Positions 15,220 to 30,200 of a stretch of DNA of 64,000 nucleotides are shown here, piece after piece; the first letter of the stretch is position 1; each line of letters begins with the position of its first letter. A model generated the notes under the pieces. It was not told the DNA's origin. It searched no databases and saw only the letters and a list, made by a program, of their open reading frames with translations. The position numbers and the translations under genes were made by a program. The stretch comes from Trichoplax adhaerens (Eukaryota > Animalia > Placozoa). The stretch covers positions 1,036,287 through 1,100,286 of the forward strand of contig NW_002060955.1 in assembly GCF_000150275.1 (NCBI RefSeq), in the 5' to 3' direction.

Positions 15220-18200
15220 CACCAATTTTTATTTCATAAGTTAATTAGAATTATGAAAAGTGAATATGATACGCTTTAACTAATCTAAAGTCACAAAGGA
15301 TTTTTAAAAACAGTAAAAATATAAAATAAGAAATTATGATAGCCGTAAATTAACATGTTATTCATGTCACGCATATAGCTTTGCCTTGGCTCTGGTAATG
15401 TAGCGAAAATTATATGAAAATCGTCTTTAGCATAATATTACGAAAAAGAATGACGAATATAGATCATAAAATGACTATTACTTTTAAAGGCTAGTAATAG
15501 TTAAATATTTGACGATGACATTAACCTTAGATTCCTATCCCAGATAATATTACAAAGACTGAACTACGAAACAGTCTTACACACGATAATTTTTTCAATT
15601 TAACAGCCCTATTTTGTATCGAAAAACGCTTATTCATTGATTAATAGCTAAAGAATTAAACATTGTTTGAGCTTGGTTTACAAGAAAAAGTAGTAGAATA
15701 ATGGTTTAGTTAAAAGACTAGGTTCATTAGTAATAGCTTACATTAAATTCGATCAATTGATTATAAATCGCTTTTAACTTATAACACTTAGAATATATTC
15801 TGGAATGAAATGTTTTATTGCAAGTTGTTAACTAATTTAAATCATATGATAAAAGCACTAATCCTACATATTTTTGTGTCTTTATTGGATGGCATTAACG
15901 TAGGGAAAACGTTAAAAAAATTTGAAAGAACCAGCTATACCATCTGTTTTAGAAACGTATTATTCATCGCCATAAATTTGTTGTATAGCTAAATCCTTTA
16001 TTGATCAATACTTAAATTAGTATTATTGCCGGGTCAATTTATTTGGTAAAGTTGAGTGGCGTAAAACAAGATCATATTGAAGAATTTTAAACTTTTCAAG
16101 TAAATACTCGTAGTATGAATTTAGACAATAGAATTAAATCCGTTAATGATTAGATTCCCTAAAAATTCTATATAAAGATTGACGTTTTTCTCTCATACTT
16201 TGTTGTGCACATTTTCTTTTGTTGATAATGGGCTTAATGGGGCGTTTAAGTTCATGTATATTTATAGAATTAAAATTTATTCCATGACCTATGCATGGCC
16301 AGAACAATGAGAACTATTATCCTTTCTTGAATTCGTTCAAACAAACATGCTATTATTTTGATTCATAAAGCTAATATTGAAATATTATCTAATAAAGGAT
16401 TAAAGGCCTTCAAAATCATAATAACAGCATCGTTGATGTTATTCGGTTTATTTTTCAACGTCAGTAGAGCAAGAAAAATTTTTATTCTAGATTGTGCTTT
16501 ACGGCTTGAAGATAGATGGATATTAATAAAAATTAACTGCAACGCGAAGCTTATTTAATCTATCAGGCGTTAGACCAATTTTTACTTCTGTAGTTCTTGG
16601 TTTTTATTACTGGCCTATTGGTTATAGATCGTCAAAATAAGAACTTGACTTTAGCGCCTTCCAATAATCGCGAATCAGGTTGCTATGGTTAGTAATCGGT
16701 AAATAGCACAGCAATTGGCATTTTCAATCCAGGCTTGAAACAAAAACTATTGTTTGCTTGTGCAAAATAGAACAAGAAATGTAACTCAGCGCATGCATAC
16801 CAATTTTAATATCTAAAATTGTAATTTAAGCAATCATTAAGATAGCGTCATCAATTTAATATAGCAAATTAAAATGTCAACATTTTTAAGTCAATAACAT
16901 TTATGTTATTACAGAAGCCGATCAAAATACACCATAATTTATCGTATCACTCCATCTGCATAAATAAATGTAAAAATTATTTTTCAAAAGAAATCTATTT
17001 GTTATGTTAATGGAAAGGAGGCAATGGCGAATGTCCTAGATTATTAAACATCAGTTGCTGGTTTTACGCCCACTTGCTATTTACATTAAAGTCGATCATC
17101 TGATCTATGCGGCACTAATATTAATAATGGTTATACTATTTACCATCACTTAATGCTCTTACTTTAATGTTAACAGAAAAAAAGTTTCTATTATCTACTG
17201 ACATACTGCTACCGATACTTATACTGCAGTAATATACGAGCTATATAATGTCTACTGGTTTATAGTGATTCACTAAATGAATAATACTTTTATTTCTTTT
17301 ATTTCATCCATAATTCAAGTCAAGAACTGCTATATCTTCGTGCTAAGCTGCTCTAATGCTAATATCGTGTTAGATAGCTTATTTTACGACAGTACCCTTT
17401 CAAATACCGTAAATATTATTAAATTTAGTATTCTTATTTCCATTCTATATACGAATAGATTTTGTATGTACCGTAAAGACCTTTTTAGATTGATTTTACA
17501 GAAGAAATCGCTTACGCTATCAACATAATAATAAATCATCAATATTTCTTTCCATTGCACGTTATGAAATTTAAAGGATTAAAATTTTACTGGTGTAGAT
17601 CTAGCCAGATAAAGTTTTTGCAATTAATTTGTGTTCGTTGCAATAAATTTGTATTTGTTTTGAATTAAAATCTTCTCTAAGAATCCTGTACACATTGAAA
17701 TAATTAAACCATGATGCTTAGATCAAAATAATACTACACAATAATAATTACTATCTTGTATCTCAAGTCCAATTCTATTAATCAACTTCGTAATACCACC
17801 GTTTAACAATTTAAATGATATTCACTCTTAAAATATATACAATATATCAAGTAATAACTCAGTTTAGCGTTTTTGGATGTAAATTATCCTATATTTCGGA
17901 TATAAATTATTCTACTGTATATCCGTATTTGCTTGCAAAGAAATAATACATGTGGCTAGTAATGTTGACAAATAAAATTAGCTAACAGTAAAGTAGAGCA
18001 TTTTAAGCTGGAGAACCAAGAATTTTGACTTATCCCATTTGAAACTCGAGTATGTCAGTTCTTGTTATAATAGTTATTATCCTCTTATACAGTAAATATT
18101 ATGTGTTCTAAATGTATAACTTGGTCTTTTATAACAAAATCGAATTTTTTTAATTGCATGAACTGTCCTAGTAAACTATACTGTGATCATTTAAAGTAGA

Positions 18201-21200
18201 AACAGTGATTCACAATTTATCGATATGATGGAGTAATAATTTCAGTCTGATCAGAAATAGTCAGTGGCACTTGAAAAATTATTCGTTTATTTCCAGTAAA
18301 ATAAGATAATTGTTAGCCGAGTCAATGTTTAGTATCGGTTATTCTTTCTTGCATGTTAATGACTGCATGCGTATACGAGCTTGTAAGGTCATTAGCATCA
18401 TTTATTAGCTATAGCAATTAGTCAACAACAGCACTTTACGACACAGATATATTGAGTGTATTTGTAAATGAGATTATTGGACGGTAACATCAAAGTGATA
18501 TTAAGTTCTAGCGTAATTGTTACTTATTTTGCGATGATGGACATATTTTATGAGATGATTATTTTTATGGGATGATTATTTTTATGGATGTATAATAGAT
18601 TAAGACATCCTTATAGGATATCCATAACCGTCTATTAATTAAAACTTGCTCTAGTGGAAAATACGCTAATAATATTTACCTTGAATATTTAATAACTGCG
18701 AGGCCAATGTATTACACTTTTTACCATGATAGTTCATTTTAGAGATTCTGTACTCATATAATAAGACAGATTTTTTGGCAATAAATACAGTTATGAAAAT
18801 AAGAATTAACAAAAGAAATACAACCTCGCTATACTTCAACTAAATTTTTTGTTAAAATGTTTTAGAAAATAGTCTTAAATGGACAAGATAGATATCTTGA
18901 AGAGGATATTGAAATTATTAAATAGTGTATTCTTTAAATAGTATCAGGAATCATTGTGTGATCATAAAAGTCACTTATTTGGCAACAACACAACGTGATT
19001 TAGACACCCAAAATAACGATAATCATTATAAAAGTAATCCTTTCACATAATGATTATTATTAATGATTAGTTGATCCCTCTCTCCTTATACTGTACTTTG
19101 CATGCTATGCTTTTACCATTTCCTTTACATTAACTGATATTAAAGCAGGATACAATTTAAGATATGCAGTCGCACGCTAATAGTTCCTTCAACTATAAAT
19201 ATGTATAGTAGTTTGTAGGGTGAAGACTTACTAATGAAATAAAGCTGTATCCATAGCAATACTGTTATAAAAGTTAAAGGTTGTTTAAAGTGCATTGGTA
19301 TATAGCTCGACATTATTGTCGCAAATACAAGTTTACATTGATTTGTTCTTCCTGCAGGTCATCTTGTTAGGCAAAGAAATTGCGTACTTTTAGCAATACT
19401 GTAATGTTAGCAGTTTATGTAGTAAAAAGATATAGTATTCCAGATAGACGTTTGTATTCAATAAAATTTCTAAAATTTGAAAAATATTCTTATTAAGAAT
19501 ATTAGTGGAACTACGCACGTTATACTTCTCGTACTGTAGAAATGTAAATTCAAAACATGTTTAAAAGTTGCTATGAAGATATATCAGAGTAAACTTGGCT
19601 TTTAAATTTTTCTTAACAACTCTACTAACAAAGCTGTTGCCGTATTTATCCTGTAATCTAGCCGACTACTATCAGAAGTAGTCACCGTTCATGTATTCAA
19701 ACAGGTTCAAAGTAAGGCAATATTGGTATAAACCAAGCAACAAAATTTTTCATCGTCCATGTCAATTTGCAAATTAAATCCGTTAGAGTTGACAAGAAAT
19801 GAGGGAAATGCCATCCTATTTCACAATTACAGTATCATATTAATATAATTTCTATTTTACAATGGAAAATCTCGATTCTTAATATAAAGGGATGATCTAG
19901 TCCAAGGTTTTCGATTAGCTCAAGATTCATAATTAGAGTATTTAGCAATTTCTTTGCCAACTTTGGTATGAGTAAAGACGGAAACAGTCTATGGTTCAGT
20001 ATATGTCTAAAATGTAACTACTAAAGCAGTTCTATGAAATAAGTGCTTTGTTTGATGATTTATTTGATCAAACTTGTAGATTGGGTTATATTTATTTAAT
20101 TATCAGATGAAAGAACTGATCTAGATCGCAAGTGAGATTTGGCAAAATAATAAGGCATCACCGTGTTATTAAGAACACTTTATAAAATACGATTCTGTAA
20201 GTAGTATAAATGCGTTGACGAATAATTGACATTCTTGTTATCCAGTTTGCTTTATTTACCGGATATGTCCATACTTGAATGCAAGGTACCTCCAATTTTT
20301 CGCTACGAATAATTTTGCTAATGGTGAATGAAATAAGCTACGATGTGATTGCAAAATATGATTGGATTGTGTAAAAAAACCGGCTATATCTATATATTGC
20401 CGTTATTTTTATTAGATTGAGATTCTCTACCTACAAAAAATTGCCGTTGCTCGATACTTCGCGTATTTCACCCGGGTATGAAATCCTGGGTGCAATCCTT
20501 ACTACTTCTATCTTACGTAGGAAGAATGATACTGTGACAGCTACCTTAGAGATATGTTAGCTTAAGGTAATGGATCGACTTATAGGAAGTTAGATTCACT
20601 GAATCCTTCTTGATCGATTTTGGCGTTGTTATTCTAATCAACGTTCAATTAGCGTAAGAGTTGAAACAATGAAATTTTAGCCATTTTTATTAAATAGACG
20701 GCGATTAGTAAGTCACGTAAGGAATATTTTAATAAGGAATTCATTAACTGATGCCGGTATTATTAAATTCCAGACATTCCAAATTGAAACAATCTTTTTA
20801 TAAATGAAGAACAATACATCTCTACCTAGAATAATATGTAATTTTTTTCTCTATGATTGTGTATAAATGGAGTATTTCTCAATAATCGTATTTCTTAATT
20901 TAATATCGAAATAGTGCTATTGACTACATTTTAAAGCGATTGAATAGAATTTGATCTATGCTTAAATTCCACTTATCATTTTTCTCTTCCTATTATACTA
21001 GTCAATTGACTGTATATTATAAGTACAAGTTCATAAAACAGCTGTCTTGGATTATTTCATAAACATAATTTAGGAATATTTGACTGATTCTATTAATTAA
21101 ATCACTTCAAAAAGTGAAGGCATTACTCTATTTGATCGTTATACCCAGATTAAGAAATGATTAAATAGAAATTATGCAATAAGGAAACACTAGTAAGGGC

Positions 21201-23569
21201 GTATTATGTGAAAAGTGGAAGGTATAGCATTATCGAGGCTTTAAAGATTGTGGTGATAGTCAGGACAAAGATGATTATTGAAGTAATTTTTTAGTAACGT
21301 TGTAAATTGTAAATTATAACGATTGTATACTTTTTATCTTAAGGCTGCATATATCTGCTACGATATTGTAGATTGCATTAATGCCCTGATTTTTAATTGA
21401 TTAGCCTGGATTTATCCTGATTCTTTTATTAATATCTATATATATATGTAATAATGAATGAATCTATGCAAATGACAGTCTATTCACTTGTCCAAAGTAG
21501 GGAATTAGGCTAAAAATAGTAATTCTTGTTTTTTAGGACGATTATTACAATTGTTATATAACAATTTACAATGTCCAAAATTACTCTAAACTATGCGTTA
21601 GGTTGCGATTCAGTGGAGGTCCAGTTGGGGTTATTCATCCAGGTGTATCCTTGGGGATAAGAACACAATTTATCATTTTATAGGTATTAAGCTGCATTAA
21701 GAATATGATCCAACAGTCATCGCTGAACTATTTTAATATTGTGCCAATGTATACGTATAAAAGGTGTATTGAGAATTTGGAATGCCTTCACACGAGTGAC
21801 TTTAAAATTCTATCCTATGTCTTGTTCTGTGTGATGAATAGGAAAAATATTATAGTCGTGTTTTCTACAGAGTAGATTTTTTTTTCTTGACTTTCATGAT
21901 ACTGTCGTAGTTGATAAGCTAGACGATTGCAGAATGAGAAGAAGCTCTTCCATTAGCATGTATTTACGCTAATTAAATTATTCATCGAATAATATTATTG
22001 TTGATCATGATCAGATATCATACATTCCGTTCATACTGATATTGATTAAGGACATGAATGCAGCATCATCTTGGCTGGTATTGCTTAAAGTTCTATTGAC
22101 TCTTGTCCTATGAATAACTGCAGTACTACAATTACTTTTTTCAACAGAACAGCCTATTCTACGCCATATACTGTACTGTAAATGCTAACTCGATGTTACT
22201 GTTGATCACAGATAGATGATAACATCGATATGGACTTGACTACATCAGTATTCATGATGAACAACGTGATATTCCTACACCTGCAAGATGTCGTTTACAG
22301 AATACTGTTTAGGCCTCGCATAACGTATGAAAATACTCATTCTACTGTACCATTATATTTGTTGAATAAATTGAGCATTTCGTCAATACCAACTTCTCCA
22401 ACTGCTGTTCTAGCAACACTAGGCCAAGTTCAAAACTAGCTACAGATGGGCTTACACACTTAAACCTAGTGGAGCATAAGACGTTAATCATATCAACGCC
22501 AAAATTGGGTAGCAAAATGCAAACATGGCTCTTCCTTTGTATGACGAGTACTGTAAACGCAGTGTTGATGCAAATAGGGGAGGGACTAGGAGCTTTCCTT
22601 TATTAAATTACTACTGTCAAGTGTTCACTACCGTCTGTAGGCCAATGTTCATTAATGAAGAGGTGGCTGGATTATCCACATCTGTACAGCAGGTGAAAAA
22701 AAAAAAATAATTCAGGAGTATTTACTCGTGCTTTTATTTTTTGGGACATTGCCGAATGGATGCAGTGAAAGCTAATAAACGTCCAGTTTTGTCAAATTTC
22801 TTTTTTTTGGGGGGGGGGAAGGCTTTTCTTTCCTGATAGCACTATAAGCTTTGATCTCAAATACGTGTGAAATGACTGGCATGCTTCAGGACATGCATTC
22901 GTGCCTCTATAGACATTGTACTTTTTCAAAGCAGTATGTTGTGCCATTGACTACTTAAAATACCTTGTAGGTGTATATCTATTAGTCCATGGTTGTGTAC
23001 TTCCGTAGTAAAGATTGTAGTCATTTGGTAGTAATGAGATGAATCCTACGTAATTTTCATTATGGGGCTGGTTTACTTTTTAAAGTGTACAAGTATACAT
23101 CCATTTTTTGAGGTCTATTTTATAAAGAGATAGAGTATTACGGGGATGGTGATTGAATGGATAATGTTTGGACGTTCATGTGAACATTTCTAGTTTATTG
23201 CATTTTCATTCCCCCAAATAGAGTCCATTGATGTTATCCATAACGAATGGAAAGAAAATTCCTATTTGTTTCATTTCAGTAACTTTATAACATGCTATTT
23301 GGCTACGATAAGCTAGCCGAGTTTCTCCGTCCGATACTCTCTGTAAATCTGTTGTATATACACCAGTTTGTGATCCTATAAAACAGGTCCATTTAATTTA
23401 CAACGACTAACATTACTCTGCGTGCGGAGTATGGTGGTCCGAGTAAACAAACCTTGATACTCTCTTAACGTACTAGAGAACGAAGGACTACAGTTGCAGG
23501 AGAAATTCTCTTATTTTAATAATCTGTGTTAGCACATTAGAGCGCTACTCCCTATCATATCTTTCCCAA

Positions 23570-24235
23570 TGGCAAGGGAAAAACCCACCACGAAAGCCTA
23601 ACTGTAACTGTAGAGACTGCGCCATAACTGCACTATCCTATTTTGGTTTCGTAGGCGTTGCCTGGGCGCAGCCATCTTTCGATAGCAATCATTTCAAGTG
23701 TTGTTGTCTCAACCGTACTGAAGAGAATGACGGTTCAATGAAGTTGAATCAAAGCACAGATGACATCATGAAGTGACCTCCTAGGGTGAGGCCTACTCCG
23801 TTCACTCCAGAAATGACTCCATCGGGTTCCCAACTTCTCTTTTCCCTCGCTGATTTGATGACGAGTCAAAGTGGGAAATGCTGACTTGTGTGAAGTAGAG
23901 TGTGGCAAGGGGAAAACCCACCACGAAAGCCTAACTGTAACTGTAGAGACTGCGCCATAACTGCACTATCCTATTTTGGTTTCATAGTCGTTGCCTGGGC
24001 GCAGCCATCTTTCGATAGCAATCATTTCAAGTGTTGTTGTCTCAACCGTACTGAAGAGAATGACGGTTCAATGAAGTTGAATCAAAGCACGGATGACATC
24101 ATGAAGTGACCTCCTAGGGTGAGGCCTACTCCGTTCACTCCAGAAATGACTCCATCGGGTTCCCAACTTCTCTTTTCCCTCGCTGATTTGGTGACGAGTC
24201 AAAGGGGGAAATGCTGACTTGTGTGAAGTAGAGTG
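23570..24235. repeat. Near-identical 333-bp tandem duplication (23570-23902 and 23903-24235)
   Basis: Both copies begin TGGCAAGGG and end GAAGTAGAGTG, with only a few substitutions. TGG microhomology at the junctions. Confidence 0.97.
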
Positions 24236-24237
24236 TG

Positions 24238-24279
24238 GTACCTACGGTGGCTAAGCGGTGGCTTAGCCACCGTAGGTAC
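24238..24279. repeat. Perfect GC-rich hairpin, 19-bp stem and 4-nt loop
   Basis: GTACCTACGGTGGCTAAGC-ggtg-GCTTAGCCACCGTAGGTAC; the arms are exact reverse complements. Confidence 0.97.
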
Positions 24280-27200
24280 ACGATCGACGCTGCAGTGATA
24301 TCTGCAAGCGTTAACTTGCAGATTGACTTGTTGTGTACGGTAGTAAATGAATGCATGGTACCGTATTGGTTTGGGACTGACAATGGCCTCGTTATGTCCG
24401 TCCCTCTTTCTTTCTTGACCCGATTTCATTGACGATGGAGACGCAAACAAGACAAGCGATCGACTGCTCCGGTATCTCTGGAGGGTGATCCATGGGCACG
24501 ACACTCGCTGCCGTCGGCCAATCATAGCGGTGGTATTGTACTGTACGTCAGCGTGTAATACACGTCGTGTCTTGTAAGCTTGGTCAGCATTGGTATTGGT
24601 ATAGACGAGGAGAGACTTTGATTCAGTGAAAAATCTTGTCGGTCCATTGGGCACATCAGCCAGCCATTTGGATTTTGCAAACTCTTTCTTAGCGTTATTG
24701 TGGACAAATTTCTCTGTTATCCTTGTTGACTTTTTCACCAGGGTGTTTTCATTGCCTTTGGATTAATCAAAACTTAGGTAGGACCATCTTTCTTGACTAC
24801 AAGAAAAGAAAATTGAGTGTACTTTCAGTACCAAAAGTTGCGTGTCAACCAACTCATGTTACAGTTTTGCGGCATTAAGTCCATTGAACTTCGCTTTACT
24901 CTACCATTTTTTTTTTCTGACTGTTCAATTCGAGAGTGAATATTCAAGGCTGTGGTATCGCGTTCGAATAGATTTACTCACTCTAATTTTTCATCTTTCA
25001 ATCCATGTAGGCGGAGATATTATCCTGCTGTCCAACAACCCCTGCTTGGACGCGAGTGATACTGTGGTGAGAGTGGAAAAAAAAATCTCTATAGTCACTG
25101 TACTGTATACCGGTAAGGTCTGAAAATTGCCCATGTCATCCTTTGCTTTACCATTATAACTGTGTGAAATGCAAGTGATTTACTCCATTTCGAATGACAT
25201 TCTATGAGCAAATTACTTGGGTATCATGTCAAATTGACTTGAGGGGCCACATTGGGTGTCCAAATTCGATACCAGCATGAGCAACAGAACAAGGATTGCG
25301 TCGACTGCAATCCTGACGTCACATCTACCACGCGTAGACGAAAGGAAGTTCTTCTATTTTTTTTTTCCATTCGCTACGATCGAGTTCCTTGACATTTTGT
25401 CACTGCAGTAGGAAATAATCAACGCTTGAAATGTTCGTATTTGGTTAGCGTGTTGAATTTCGCTATGATTACAATTAAGATTGTTTATTGTTGCTCCCAA
25501 CTTGCTACACAGTCGTATCCATTTTTAGCCTGAGGAAACGCCATCTCATCAGTACGCCTCTGTTACGGTAGCGTAGAATCGATGTTGAGATGGCTGTCCT
25601 TCAATTTGGGACAAGTCGCGATAGAAGCGAAATGAATACAGACTTTGCACATGGCATACGACCATGAAGAGTGAGCGAATAAGAGTACCCGATGATAGTG
25701 TTTTTAAACTGCAATTGCTACCATACACTCTTGTACAGCAAGGTGCCCGTCTACACCCAAACGCCTAAATATTGATGTTATTACCATCTACTTTTCACTC
25801 ACTCGACAACATGCCAGTCTACAAATGTCCAGGCGTACTCCTGATTGAAATCATTGAATTCATTTCAACGATGCAGTTCTACCCTACGCAATCGATAATC
25901 GTGTCGACAGCGTTTGAGTTATGACGGATGAGTATGGTAAATCATCCATCGACATTACTTTAAGAAGCTTGAATCCATACCTATCTTGTTGTTTTAGTAC
26001 CGTAGTCGCTCGCAGTTGTTGCAATTGTATTGTTTTCTTACTTTGGTATGCGATTCTCAAGCTTGTATGGTTGCAATACCAACAAATTTTGTGATGATGT
26101 AGTGAATACTTTAAAATGATGCTAGGCTGGAGTTTCATTGACTGTTAAGGCTAAATGTGATCATGTAGCATTAAGCAACAAAAAAACTGTCTTTTGCTAG
26201 CTATTTATCTTCAGCATGTTCCCGCAAAGTAGAGTAGACTACAAAGATAGGATCTATCAAGCTAATATCCTTAAATGAAATAGTTGTATGGCTAGTTATA
26301 CGGCAAATGGGGTGATAGCATGACGAAATGATGCACTACGCTTTCACAACATCGTTATTTTACCGCACCACGTAGGTTTAACTGTGAATTATTCAGCTAA
26401 TCCTGATTAGCGGTGATATTTTATTTATTTTTCCCCAATCCAAAATAGACCGACTCTTTCCTGTCATCTGTGTGGGTTGCTTGTTTGTGGTCTACGTTAG
26501 AACGTACAGATTGAGAACCCCTGGTGGTCAGTCATTTCCAATGCTGGACATTTTTCATCGTGGAATAGTAGGCATAGTGACATCTTGATTCCTTCCCTAG
26601 CTAACAGAACTTATACGTATATTGATTGATCGATTACGCTATTGCTGAGAGATTATTCCTTTGCTATGGCAATTTGATAATACAGTACGTTGATACTTAG
26701 CTATTAAAGCCATATGTGACGGTTGTTGCGTCGTAAATTTAAAATGTTGAGTACTGTACCTTATGGTATGCTAACGCTTTAAAATCAGTCTAATTCAACA
26801 TTCAAGCACCTTGCTACTTTATTATGTGGTATTAATTGACCGAAGATGGCATAGCTGCTGTACTGTTTTCGTATTATCTATTGGCCAAAGTGCTATTCGG
26901 GCATTGTTTGCCACATACAATAGCGATAGCCAATATGGCACTGATCTGGCCATCAATGATGATCAATAGAATCGAGATCGCTACTTTAAGCTACACAACG
27001 TGGAATTGTACAATATAACTGCAACTTTTACAGTATATCTCATCGATCGATGAGGGTACTTTGAAAAGAGGAGAGGTGGCAAGAGCGTTACAAGTAACTA
27101 TTTGAAAATACTTCTTACTATTAAGTATCGCCGATTTTAGGCTATATAGCCAGAGTAGTGATTATTATAATTTATGACTGATATCGTACGTCAACATTTC

Positions 27201-30200
27201 AAAATTTTATGTTCTCTGCCTTGTTGAACGATCGTCATACTGCAATGTAAGACAAAATTGTTGCCTTCATGACTACAGACTGCGCTATATTGTATTATTA
27301 TACACATTAGATTCATCGAAAAACAGCATGTACCGTGGATACAGGTTAACTCTTTCGAACCATTGACTACTGGATATTGAATGCCATCCATTGACAGACT
27401 ATTTAGTAGTTTATTTTATTTTGATGATACAGTAACACTAAATTTTCAACGTAAAATTTTTAATAAGAACGTTAATGACGCTGTAAATAGACGAGAGTAG
27501 GGAATTGCGATTGGATGCATTAGCCGAGATATGGACTTTTTCTACTTAACGTCCTTTTTATGATTAAAACACATTATTTAATTAAAAGTTCTATGACTAA
27601 TCGGCGCAAGATTGAAGTTTGTCACTGCCAAATAGGCGTACAGTATTGAGATATGACACTGAAAAGGTTTCTTGTCCTCTATGGTTGATGACTAATACTA
27701 TCGGCGCTATTATTGTTCTGATTTGTGAAGCATTTCCGTTTGGCAATATTGCCGGCGAACGAATATTCATCTCGTCGAGTCTTGACAGTTATAATAACAT
27801 TGATGAAATGGAGTATTCATTCTTAGCTCTATAGGGGTCATGGATGAATCATCAACTTTGATAGAAGTATAATTACCGTGCTATAATATACACCAGTAGA
27901 AACATACGTATTGTATCCGATTTAATTAAATTTAATAATAATAACCTGTACATGTAGACATTATCCTACGCTAACTAGAGAGATTCATAAAATTGATTAA
28001 TCTGTTTATTTGTGACTTCTTTTAACTTTGGATGTAAGCATCATCTGTTCGATATCGTTCGAGATAATTATCCTATTGACGTAACAGCATGTTGACGTGA
28101 ATCTAGAGAACTGCCAATGATGCAGTGAAAGTAGACAGCCTACTTAGCTAACAGTATTTTATCATGCTTAAACATGGAGAATTTATTAGCTAAAATGGAG
28201 TCCCACCGCCGGTCCTTATTGCAAGCTAGCCAAAGGATGGGCATTTTTGACCCACATTTGTCTCTTGTAGGCTTTGTGATATTGAATTGGATTGCAAAGC
28301 AGTTCGACTCATACTACAATGGGTTGAATAAAAAAAGAGTTTTAGCTACATGACGGCGATAGTTTTAGTTAGTTTTAATGCCGTTTCTTACATTTACGAG
28401 AAATACTGAAATCTGTCAGTCGAATGAAAACTTATCGCTTCTGTATTTTGCTCTGTTAATAATACAATAGTACAGTATATCAGTGTGATGTCGGCTATCA
28501 TATGTATGATGGCAGTACAAGGATTGCGCAGTTTTAACACTATTTTAACATGATGCTCCAGAGTATCGGTGGTGATGCTTATTGCTTACTTCTTGTCAAG
28601 AGTTTTTTGTTATTTTAATGTAAACGACTAGAACTCCAATGACTGGCAATAACGCTATAATACAGGTTAAATAACAGCTAACAATAATTATAGATAGTAC
28701 TGTGCAGATAATGATCAATCCATATCAATGACTAGAGTAAGCCTATTGTATGAAATGCCTACAGCTATTATGATCATGTAGCGCTTGCCGCATGACTGAT
28801 TGTATTTTTTTGGACCGCTGTACATTACGTCGGAAACAAGCTGACGACATTATACAGGATACTGTAAAGCAGCCTATTAGTGAAGATAAAATTGCTTAAA
28901 TAAATAAGCCGTCATCTTATTCAAACAACTGTATCCACTTTGGTGCTGCGAACACTAGGCATTGTTCTATCAATGGTTCTTGTTGTCCAGCATCTTTTCA
29001 AAAGATTCTTTGTTCATGCTATGACATTTCTTTCTAGAATTACACGCAAGACAAATACGTCTGTTGAAAATTGTTTATTTGTGACTTGAGTAATCAATAG
29101 TATAGTAACTAATGTACCTTAGGTTATTTCTATTAATTCTTATTGACGCCTTCAGGGACTTGTCCATGCTGTTCATTATGACAATTGTTTTTTGCGAACT
29201 GTTACACGCTATGTTGGAAAATACAGGTAACTTGGATAACTTCAACACGTGCAGAAATCGTTACCTAGACGTATTTCCAGGTAGAATCAACTGCCGTCGA
29301 TGCACCCATGTTCTGCATCCTTGAAATGTGTTTATTTCCAGCCAACTGTAAATGGAGACATTAAAGATTTGTACTCGAAACAATCTTGTTGAATGACTAA
29401 TTTTTAAGTTCAACTTAGAGAAATTGGACAGTTACGTAAAATGTCCAATAGACTTTACAAGTGTACATATCCACGATCTTTTACTAAATCATCATTTATG
29501 TCTGTGTATTAATTAACTATATTAGCGATGATATGATTCCACAACTAGTACGTACGAGTTACGTTGAAGACGTAAGATAGTAGCAATACTCATTTCAAGA
29601 GTTAAAAAATACGTTTTTTATCATTATAAACTCCAAGACTACCCAATCTACTTGGAATTAGTTCGCTTAGTAGCCATTTACGTTTGCCAGAGACCAATAC
29701 AACGATTGCATGATGCTGCTTGCTTGGATAGATGTTCTATTAATCCAGTTAGACAACACGATTTTGTGATGGTCACGAAACAGCATAGCGGGGGTGTTAC
29801 AATTTATTATCAATCTACAGTGTAATTAATTGTATTTCATCATACTGTGTGCCTCAAAATATCTCAGAACGAATAGTAAATTCAATTAAATTATTATTTA
29901 AGCATCTGTTCTCTGCTGGACCTTGATTATACAGTATATGTATACTACAGTGTAAACTGTATCTTGTGATTGGCGTTTACTGTAAAAGTACAAATGAAGG
30001 GTCATTTGAGGAAATGAAGTAACATTTTAATGATGGTACTTGAAGAAGTTTATCATTATTATTATAAATAAGTACCAATGTCCATATCGATCGTCTCCAA
30101 TCCTATTTAATCGAACGTCGATGTTAACACAGTGGCGCAACATGTTTATTCGATCGGAAAATCACAATACTGTACACTGCAAAGTCTTGAACAATATGAC

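Noticed and set aside
23700-24230. Hammerhead cores in the 333-bp unit (CTGAAGA, TGACGAGTC)
   Set aside because: No GAAA directly after a stem II and no compatible stems I/III.
24199-24738. 179-aa minus-strand ORF spanning the hairpin
   Set aside because: Non-ATG start, no recognisable domain, and expected by chance in locally GC-richer DNA.
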